The notes under the pieces were generated by a model. It saw only the letters and a list, made by a program, of their open reading frames with translations. It was not told where the DNA came from and ran no database searches. This document shows, piece after piece, positions 54,363-64,000 of a stretch of 64,000 nt of DNA; position 1 is the stretch's first letter; each line of letters opens with the position of its first letter. The position numbers and the translations under genes were made by a program. The DNA comes from Cycas panzhihuaensis (lineage: Eukaryota; Plantae; Cycadophyta). The DNA lies in assembly GCA_023213395.1 (NCBI GenBank), contig CM041465.1, positions 45,763,741 through 45,827,740 on the forward strand. The letters are read 5' to 3'.

Positions 54363-57300
54363 TGTAGATGAATTTCTTATTTTGTAGAAAGAACCCTCGA
54401 TTCTTCATTAATGAAAAAATGAGTATAAATACATTACACGTTGTATGGGACAAATGGCAACCGCTCAATGTGATTTTGCCACTTGTCATTTTGAGAGAGA
54501 AAGGGGAAGTGATACATGACCCTCATAATGTGTTTTGAATACACTTTAATCTTTACAAAGTATGCTAGGAATATCCTAGATAAAACATTACTTCTAACAC
54601 CCTCTCTTAATATTTTATCTATTTAATTCCTAACCTATTTCTGAATGACGTAAATTTGTCTCTACTTAAGGGTTTTGTATGAGCATCAACAACTTGGTTT
54701 GCTGAAGTACAATGCAGAAGTTCAATCTCTTTGTTTTGAATTTTTTCTCTGATGAAATGATGATGTACTTCTATATGTTTGGTCCTTGCATGTAGCATTG
54801 GACTCTGTCATCTTGATTGTGCTTTGATTGTTGCAGAATAATTGAGTAGGTGTTGTTTGCTCTTGTCCAAGATCTTTTAGAAGTTGTCCAATCCATACTC
54901 CTTCACATGTTGCATTTACTGCTGATTTGTACTCTTGCTTTTGTTGAAGACAAGGCTATTGTATGTTGTTTTTTGCTGCTTCAGGATATTAAGGCTGTTC
55001 CTAGAAAGAAACAGTATCCTGATGTTGATTTCCCATCCATTCCGTCTCTTGCCCAATCAGAATCATAAAACCTTGTTAACTGCATATCGTTGTTTTTTAC
55101 ATATTCTAGACTAAGATTTATTGTCCATTTCAAATACCATAGAATTCTCTTTGGAGCATTCCAATGAGGTATCTTTGGATTTTCCATGAACCTGGAGACC
55201 ACACCAATCGCATAAGAGATGTCTGGTCTGGTAGCTATAAGATAGATCAAGTTCCCAATCAGTTGTCTATACGTGGTTGCATTCACAGGTTGTGCTTCGT
55301 ATTCAATATTTAGTACATAGCTTGTTTCCATGGGTGTGGCTATACTATTGCAATTTTCCATGTTGAACTTTTTTAACACATTTTTGATGTATTTAGATTA
55401 GAGTTGTTATTCTGTCCAATTTCTATGCCTAGATAGTTATGCAACATTCCAAAGTTTGTTGTTTCAAACTGTTTTTTGATGTGTGCAATTGAATCTTCAT
55501 CATCTCCTGAGATCACCATATCATTTACGTACACTATTATAATGTAGATCAGACCTTGATTGTATTTTACATTTAGACTATGATCTGACTCACACCTGTG
55601 AAAGCCATTTTGGACAAGATATTTGTCCAATTTGGCGTACTAGGCGCTTGGTGCTTGCTTGAGTGCATACAATGCCTTTTTAAGTTTGCAGACCATATTT
55701 TCTTGACCGGCTTTCATGTATCCTTTAGGTTGGTGCATATAGACTTGTTCTTGAAGGTCTCCATTTAGAAAGGCACTTTTTACGTCCATCTGGTAAATTT
55801 TCCATCCTTTCAGAGCAACAATTGTAATTACTGTTCTCACAGTGTTCAATTTTACCATTGGTGAGAACGTTTCTTCATAGTCAATTTCAGCAGTTTGTGT
55901 GTAACCTTTTGCCACCAACCTGTCTTTGTACTTTTCAATTTTTCTATTTGGTTTTTCTTTTACTCTATATACCCATTTGTAGTTTACAATGGGTTTATCC
56001 TTAGGAGGTTCCACTAGGGCTATAGTCTCATTCTTTCAAAGAGCTTCCATTTCTGGATCCATTGTTGCTCTCCATGTTTGGAACTTGTTTGCTTCTTCAA
56101 ATGTGTTTGGTTCAATAGAACAAACTAATGCTTGTGGTTTTTGAGATCTTGTCTTGTGTTTGAACACTTCTCCTTTTGTTTCTTCAAGGGTTTTTAGATA
56201 CCATTTTGGTACCTTTTTAGAGTTTCGCTCTTGCTATGGTTTCTGTTCTTCTTCTTGAGTAGTGTTGAGATCACTTGTTTGATTGATGTCAGATGTCTTT
56301 TGATCTGAAGTTTCACTTTCAGATTCAACATCTCTAGAAGTAATTACAAATTCCTCATCTGGTTGGACTATATTCAACTTTTTATCATTTATGTCTATTT
56401 GTTGATACTTTATTTTGGTGTTCTTTACCTCTTCATCAAATATCACATCTCTACTAACATACAATTTGTTAGTTTTTGGGTCAAGACACTTGTATGCTTT
56501 TGAGCGATTATTGTACCCAAATAAGCTTTACAACCAAAGACTTTGAGATGACTTACATCTGGTTTATGTCCAGTCCATGCTTCTTCGGGTGTCACCTTGT
56601 CCATTGCTTCAGTTGGACTCTTATTGATTAGATACACAGTTGTATTGACCACTTCTGCCGAGTATATTTTTGTGATTTCCTTGTCATCCAACAAGCATCT
56701 GGCTATTTCTAGAATTGTTCTATTCATTCTTTCTACTACACCATTTGACTATGATGTATAAGGAGGTGTGACCTGTCTGCGGATTCTATGCAGTTTACAG
56801 AACTGAAAGAAATATTTGGATACGTATTCTCCTCCTCCATCAGAGCGAACACACTTGATTTTTTGACTGCTTTCCAATTCCACTTCTATTTTAAATTCTT
56901 TGAAATAATCAAGTGCTTCTGACTTGCTAAACAAGAAATATACCCATGTTTTTCTAGAGAAATCGTCAATGAAGGTTAGAAAGTACTGTGCAACATTTGT
57001 TAAGACTGGCGTGAAAGGACCACAAAGATCAGTATGAACCAAATCTAATTTGGTTTGTGCTCACCATGTGCATTTTGCAAAAGGAGTTCTGTGTTGTTTA
57101 CCTATCATAGAGCTTTTGCATATGAATGAATTAAACAAAATGTCAGGCAGACCATTCACCATTTTTGAATTTTTTATTCTTTCTAACCTATCATGTGAGA
57201 TATGCCCATACTTCAAGTGCCATATTTTATTAGCATCATTTCTTGTCATAGTAAGTGAATTTACATCAGATATAGGTTTAGTGGGTCCTTTGTCAGGTAC

Positions 57301-59143
57301 CGCAGGGGTAGAAAACAACTTATAGAGTTTGTTGCATTTTACCCCTTCAACAATTACAATACCATTCTTTTTCATATCCAAAATATGACAATGACCATTT
57401 TTATCAAATATTGTTCTCAGTTTCTTTTCATTCAACTGAGATACTGACAGGAGATTTTTCTTCTTTTCTGGTACAAAAAGAACATTCCCTATTCGTTGAA
57501 AATTTTCATCAATTTTAATGGCTATTTGACCAATCCCTTTTATGTGAAGGGAAAAATTATCCCCTAATTCCACAAACTTATTAAGATCATATGGTTTTAG
57601 AATTTCAAACCATTATTTGACTCCGGTTGGGGCAACGAGTGCTGTTACAAAAGCAGTCTCAACTTCATCCTCTATTGAATCTTGTTCTTTGTTGTAGTTG
57701 CTTGATATCTGCTTTCCTTTTTGAATCTCTGCGCGCCTCTTGTAACATTGATATGGGTAGTGCCCAATTTGTCCGCAGTGAAAGTAGACACCAAAAACCC
57801 TACAGTTCTTTGAAAAATGATCAGATTTGCCACAGTTGGAGCAGACCTTGGCATCACGTGGAGGAGTAACTCTTCTTTGTCCTCTTCCTTTAGTCCAACA
57901 ACCTCTATTGTCAATTGGTGTTTTGCATCGCATTCTTGGATTATATTGATCTCGTCCTTGACCTCTTAAGTGCAGTTTGGTGACAAGTGCTTCTTCAATC
58001 TCAGCATCTTCTTCATACCTTTGGTTCCTTTGTTCTTGGCTAAGCATGTGACCTGTAAGAGCATCAAAGGTCATGGTAGTTATTTGTCCTCTGCCTGTTA
58101 ACATATTGACCATGTTGTCAAATGATTTTGGTAACTTGTTAAGTACATGATGCATCAATTTAGTATTAGTTACTTTATCTCCTACCATGAGGAGTGCATT
58201 TTTGACATTGGTCAATATGGCTATAAATTCAGAGACTATCTGACCCTCTCTCATTCTAAGCTTATGCAGTTCCTCTCTGAGAGCAACAATTCTGGCTTTA
58301 TTTTTTCGACTAAACATGGAGGACATCGTTCTCCAAATTTCATCGGCACTTTCAACACCATCTACATAGGCTAACAGAGAATCTGAGATTGAAAGTTTGG
58401 GAACAAATACAACGATGTTGTTCCTTTCTTTCCAATTCAACAGATCCACTATGTCTGTGGATTGTTTTTCATCACCAGTAGTGATTTTTCAAGCATGCTT
58501 TGCTCTTAAGAGATTTTCAATCTTTATTTTCCAAATACTGAAGTTCATTTCGGTCAATTTATCGGCTTCAGAAAATGCTACAGTGGAATGGGCCATGATT
58601 GAATGATAAACACATTGAAAAATATCTGAAAAATTTAGTTGCAGGTTTGTACAGCTGTACGGTGTATGGAAAATATGAATTTTTACAAGTGTACGGATTT
58701 AACAAAAGAGGGGTCCAAATTGAAGTATTTGATAAGAGGAGTCTAGATGTACAATTATTTTTCTTAGATTATGTCTGGTTTGTTCAAAAACCGAGGTCGA
58801 AGTTTAGATTGGTGGCTAGGGCTGAAAGTGAAAAATGTTTCAAACAAACACAAAAAAAAACTTCGAATCTACCTTCGAAATTGGTCTTAAAAGATTTGTA
58901 TTGAAGAGAGGATCAGGTTGATATAGGTATTACCTGGATTAATTGAGCCGTATAAAAGAAATGAGTAGATTTCTTCCTAAACCCGCGCCCTTGAAAAATG
59001 GGTCAAAACCTTGTCAAAATGTCTTCAAATTACTTCACATCTTTGGGAAGAAGTGACGTCCGTACAGTGGCGAGCCTACTGGTGAAATTTGGGAGTAATC
59101 TGAGCACTTTGATTTTTTTTTCCCCCTATCTGTACAAGGTTCG
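54363..59143 (-). mobile_element. Copia B: near-complete gag-pol (58596 to ~54610) and 3' LTR (54363-54599); 5' leader interrupted
   Basis: PPT AAGAGAGGG then TGTTAG...CTACA. Gag with two CCHC-like knuckles; integrase VHTDLCGP..RSDGGGEY; RT QMDVKSAFLNGDL; RH DSDWARD..STSGYCF. Confidence 0.92.
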
Positions 59144-60181
59144 TATTATAAAAGGTAATGTTTTATCTAGGACTATAGTATATGACTAAAATATGTTGTA
59201 AGGGTCTCACATCTCTCCCCCTTTCTCTCTCAAAGTGACAAGTGGCACCATCTTGTTGAGTGGTTGCCATTTGCACCTTCTCTACAACTGTATATATTGA
59301 TAGATGATTAATCAATAAAGGTAAGAGAGAATTCCTCCATTACTTTGAATCTTTACATGGTATCAGAGCAGGTCATTGGGTCCTCCTGCCTATGAAAGAG
59401 CCAAATTATGGTTTTACTAAAGAAGAAGAAGAAGAAGAAGAAGAAGAAGAATAATCAAATTCCTGCCAAAAGACACTACCCTTTGAGATTAGTTTGTACG
59501 GGGCAAATATCGAGTCAGATTTGTATGTGATTGTACAATCGTACTGACGTGTACAGAGCTGTACGGAAGGCAAAAATCAAGGTCCTTAGAATTTGACGAA
59601 ACTCACCCAGATTATAGATCGGAGCCTCCTCTACACTTTTTCCTTGTGCGTCGACATAGATTGAAGCCGTTTTGACCCAGTTTTAGGCAGATTTAAGGTC
59701 GCACGGGTTTGGGGCCTCTCCTCACGTTTTTTCTTCAACAACTAGGCATGAATCTATGGTACAAAGCATCTAAAACTTTTTTCATCACTGGACAAAGACT
59801 TTAAGTTGGTTTTATCAAGATTTTACTTCAGATTTTTAAGAGTTGTCTTCATTTTTCTCAAAAACCCTTAGGCGGGGGTTTGGACCTTCATCTGGTCGTT
59901 TCTCTCAAGTCTGAAAGTGGATTGAAAAATTAACACTAGATTTGGATACCCATTTGGGAGTTCTTTTAATTCAGACCCCTTTCTCTCTCATCCGTACAAC
60001 TTGAGGTGTGTATGGAAATTCATACATCTGGTCGTACAACAGTCCGTATAACCAATCAAACTTAATTTTTTGTCTTCATATAAATCAACCATGGCCTCCT
60101 CTGTTGGATAATTGCCTGAAAGTTGTGAAAATGGCCAAATGGCCTTACAATCCCAAGATCTAGAAGTTATATTCACTCTAG
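59144..60181 (+). mobile_element. Copia C 5' end: LTR 59144-59357, PBS, leader and start of ORF at 60091
   Basis: Perfect PBS TGGTATCAGAGC at 59358-59369 after ...TTTACA. The LTR shares blocks with the Copia B LTR (GTAATGTTTTATCTAGGA; CCCCTTTCTCTCTCAAA.TGACAAGTGGCA; GGTTGCCATTTG). The left boundary is inferred from that similarity. Confidence 0.8.
59422..59451 (+). repeat. (GAA)10 microsatellite
   Basis: Seen directly in the leader of Copia C. Confidence 0.95.
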
Positions 60182-63100
60182 TGATAGAAAGCAAATAAAT
60201 TAGACTAAGAATGAAGCTATGAGATGAAACATGAGCAAGATCAAGCAAGAAGAGAAAGAGCAAAGATGATACCAAAGATGAGGAGTTGGATTTGGTCCAA
60301 CCTCCAAATGAATAGCAGTTTGATTAGCAAACTGGCGGCATAAGAATATAACTCCAACTCTATATGAGAACAATGAGAAGAGGTCTGAATATATAGAGTG
60401 AAAGGAGAGATCTAAGGCATTGGATGTTTGACAAGTGTCAAACATCCAAGGAATATGCCTTGCATGTAGGACATATGTCCTTTTGGGCTCTCAAGTGAGC
60501 AAAAGTGCATGGTGGTCCATTTGACCCTCAAGTGACAATGTTGTGTCACTAGGAAAGAATGTGGGTGTGCACTTTATCACTTAAGTGATAAGTCACCTCT
60601 AAAGTACAAAAGTACAAATAATACATGAAAAATAAAGTACATAGGCTTGACATGTAAACATAGGTTTAACACCCCCCCTTACTGTTTACAATGTTAAGTC
60701 GGACCCCTAGACCATCTGTAAATTTTACAAATTTTTCTCTACAAAGTGGTTTGGTAAAGATATATGCTGTCTGTTGCTCTGTAGGTCGATACTGAAGGTT
60801 GATCTCACCGCTTTGCACATGCTCTCTGATGAAGTGATGACGAACCTTAATATGTTTGGTCCTTGCATGAAAGACAGGATTCTTGGCCAACTTGAGCACA
60901 CTTTGATTGTCACAATAAATCCTGGTGGGGTGATCCTGCTCAAGTCCAAGCTCTCCAAGAATCCGTCGTAGCTAGATAGCTTCACAAGCTGCGCTGACTG
61001 CAGCTTTGTATTCTGCTTCGGTGGAGGACAAGGTAACATTGGGTTGCTTCTTGCAACTCCACGAAACAACTACTGAACTAAGGGTAAACTAGTAACTCGA
61101 GGTTGATCTCCTACTATCCTAGCAACCTGCCCAATCAGAATCTGAGAACCCTTCTAGAGTGAAGTTCTCATCATGTGCATACTCAAGGCCATGCTGCAAT
61201 GTCACTTTGATGTATTAGAGTATGCATTTAGCTGCATTCCAATGCTTCTGATTAGGTTGAGACATGTATCTAGAGCAAATCCCAATTGCAAATGAGATGT
61301 CAAGGCGAGTCTTGGTGAGATAAATGAGACTTTCAATCAACTGCGATAAAGTGTGGGATCTGTTGGTTCAGCTTCCTTATTGAGAGTAAGCTTTGTGCCA
61401 TTCTCCATGGTTGTAGGCACTGGTTTGCAGTTGTGCATCCTGAACCACTGCAAAATGTCCCAAGAATATTTAGCTTGGGAGATGAAGATATAGCCTGGTT
61501 ATTGCCATACCTCAAAGCCTAAGAAATAGTGAAGAAGTTTAAGATCTGTCATCTCAAAACTCCTCTTCAAGTCATCCTGGAGAATTTGTATCATCTTAGT
61601 GTCATTGTCAGTGATCACTAAGTCATCTACATACAAGACAATAAAAATGGCATGGTCTTTCCCAACTTTGATGTATAAGTTAGGATTTGAAGTAGATCGA
61701 TGAAATCCGTGTCTCTAAAAGTAATCATCAATCTTTGAGTACCATGCTCTTGGAGCTTGTTTCAAGCCATACAATGCCTTTATTAGGCGATAAACTAAAT
61801 GCTCCTTGCCTTGTACCTTGTAACCAGGAGGTTGCTCCAAGTATAAATACTCCTGAAGATCGCCATTGAGAAAGGCGTTCTTCACGTCCATTTGAAAAAC
61901 TGGCCATTTGCATTGAGCTTCTAAGGCCAAGATGAATCTAATGGTGTTCATGTTAGCCATTGGTGCAAAAGTCTTCTCATAATCTATGCCTTCCTTTTGT
62001 TTGAAGCCTTTGGCAACAAGGCGGGCCTTCTAGCGCTTAAATGTTCCATCAGAATGGAATTTGGTCTTGTAGACCCATTTGCAGCTGATTGCTTGTTTGT
62101 GTTTAGGCAATTCGACCAAATCCCAAGTTCCATTCTTTTCAATAGAATGGATTTCTTCATCCATGGTAGCCTTCCAATTTTTATTTTTAGAAGCCTCCTC
62201 AAAAGTGGAAGGCTCAATAACACATAGCACTTCAGCCATAAGTGCAAAATTGGTTTCTGCCTGTATCTTGATGGACGTTTTTCTTCAACAATCTGGCCGT
62301 CCTGCACTGTTTGAGTATACCATTTGGGTAACTTTTAGATTGATGTGACTTGAACCTCAAGATCTTTTGGGCTAAGTGGTTGATCAACAGAAGATGTGCT
62401 AGGATCAAGTGGAGCTAAGTCTGATGATGTGGACGGTTCAACAGGCACAGATGATGTACATGGAGTTGAAGATTGAGAGGGAAGGAAAACCTCAACAATC
62501 GTTTTGCCTTTGCCAATGGGGGGTTGGATGGATGCTGTATCCAACTTCTTATGATCTTTTTCAGCAAAGATTACATCTCTTGAGAGATGCATTTCTTTCC
62601 AATGGGATCATACAACTTGTAGGCTTTGCTATGAATGGCATAACTTACGAAGATGCACTTTAGACTATGCTTGTCTAATTTAGTTCTTTGCTGATCGGGG
62701 ATGTGCATATAAGCAGTGCACCCAAAAGTCCTCAAATGGCTGACAGTTGGTTTTTTGTCAGACCATGCCTCCTCTGGTGTGATGTCGATGACTGTTGTTG
62801 TTGGACTTCGATTTTTCACATAGGCAGCTGTGTGAAATGCCTCTGCCCAGTAAGCTCGAGTGAGTCCCTTTGCATGCATCATTGCTTTGGCTTTGTTAGC
62901 CAAAGTTCTATTCATTCTTTCAGAGACTCCATTTTGTTGAGGAGTGTGAGGAATAGTGAGTTGTCTCCAACTGCCATTGCCCTTGCAGAATTGGGTGAAT
63001 TCGTTTAAAGTGAATTCACCTCCATTGTCTGTCCTTAGTGTTTTGATGGATTGGCCGGACTCGTTCTCCACTTCAAGCTTGAATTCCTTCAACTTTTGAA

Positions 63101-64000
63101 ATGCTTCAGACTTATGCTTGATGAAGTAAACCCAAACTTTATGGGAGAAATCGTCAATGAAGGAGATGTAGTACAAAGCTCCTCCAAAGGATGCAGTGGA
63201 CATTGGTCCACACAAATCTGAGTGTACTAACTGTAAAGGATATGATGCATGCCAAGCTTTGCCTTTAGGGAAAGGCAAGCGATGTTGTGTCCCCATTATG
63301 CATGCTTCACAAAGACATTTTGTGCCATACATCTTTGGAAGCCCATGTACCATGTTTTTGTTCATCATCTGCTTGAGATTGTCTAAGCTTAAGTGGCCTA
63401 GACGTTGATGCCAGAGTTGCATCTTGGACAAAGATTTAGCGAGAATAGAACTAGAGTAAGCAGAATCAAGTATGATATTATTAGCATCCAATTTGTAGAG
63501 GCCATGATCCTCATATCCAACAGCTACTACCTGGTCATTTTTGTCAGTTATTATACATTTCCCATTCTTAAACAAAATGCTCATCTGTTGCTTGTCTAAT
63601 TTGTTAACAGATAGCAAACTCTTGTCCAAGGAAGGTATGGAACAAGCATTGTCATTAGGAAATATAGAGGAAGGATTGGAAGGAGAATGGAATGGAGCGA
63701 TTGTGCCCATTCCTGAAATCTTAATAGATTCATTGTTGTCGAAGGTCACTAATTGACCTTTTCTTTCCTTGATGTCGCCAAGGAGTTCTTCACTCCCAGT
63801 CATGTGTTGAATAGCTCCAGAGTTAATGATCCAAGTTTGATCAACCTTGGATGAATGATAAGCACAAAGCAGTTTGTCCTCATCTGCAAATTGATTGAAG
63901 TGGCGTTGATTGCCACCTCTAAAATCCCCGCTTCCTCTTTGACCTCCTCGATAGGCACCTCGATTTGGTCGAGGGGGTTGCTGTTGTTGTTGCTGAATCT
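60182..64000 (-). mobile_element. Copia D: pol region and 3' LTR (~60182-60671), continuing beyond the window
   Basis: PPT AAGGGGGGG then TGTTAA. ORF 62571-63803 with GAG-pre-integrase LWHQRLGH and integrase VHSDLCGP..RTDNGGEF; [15 protein letters not shown]; RH KNPVFHARTKHI; protease site reads WIINSGA (D to N). Confidence 0.93.

Larger units (their letters stand above)
43558..64000 (+). other. Intron after the first coding exon of BTS (open-ended, >20 kb)
   Basis: GT donor at 43558. The expected next exon (VIFPALD.RVKNVA.TYSLEH-like) was not found in the window; the span is filled with LTR elements. Confidence 0.75.

Overview
AT-rich, CpG-depleted DNA from a large plant genome, most likely a gymnosperm. 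That attribution is inferred from a Tat-type Gypsy remnant with a protease-aRH order and from a giant intron. The only host gene is the 5' end of a BRUTUS/HRZ-type hemerythrin-RING iron-sensor gene. Its first coding exon is 43270-43557 (+), followed by an intron that runs past the window end (>20 kb). Upstream (1-39 kb) is mostly decayed LTR retrotransposons: one complete CRM-like Ty3/Gypsy element (4880-11610, TSD CTAAC), one complete old Ty1/Copia (22244-29031), and several Tat/Ogre-like and chromovirus remnants. Between 39.2 and 43.3 kb lie a CpG-preserved island rich in G-box and CATGC motifs, a perfect 77-bp duplication, a hairpin, an IDE1-like promoter motif and several candidate uORFs. 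The intron holds five Copia-type elements, each with only one LTR in the window, which appear serially nested in each other's 5' leaders. One is a compact element whose single frame fuses a Gag N-terminus, an acidic linker and an RNase H tail. The most notable items are the His-to-Gln change at the first hemerythrin ligand of BTS, the candidate distal iron-response enhancer, the nested intronic stack and the chimeric non-autonomous element. All readings are by eye; no database searches were run.
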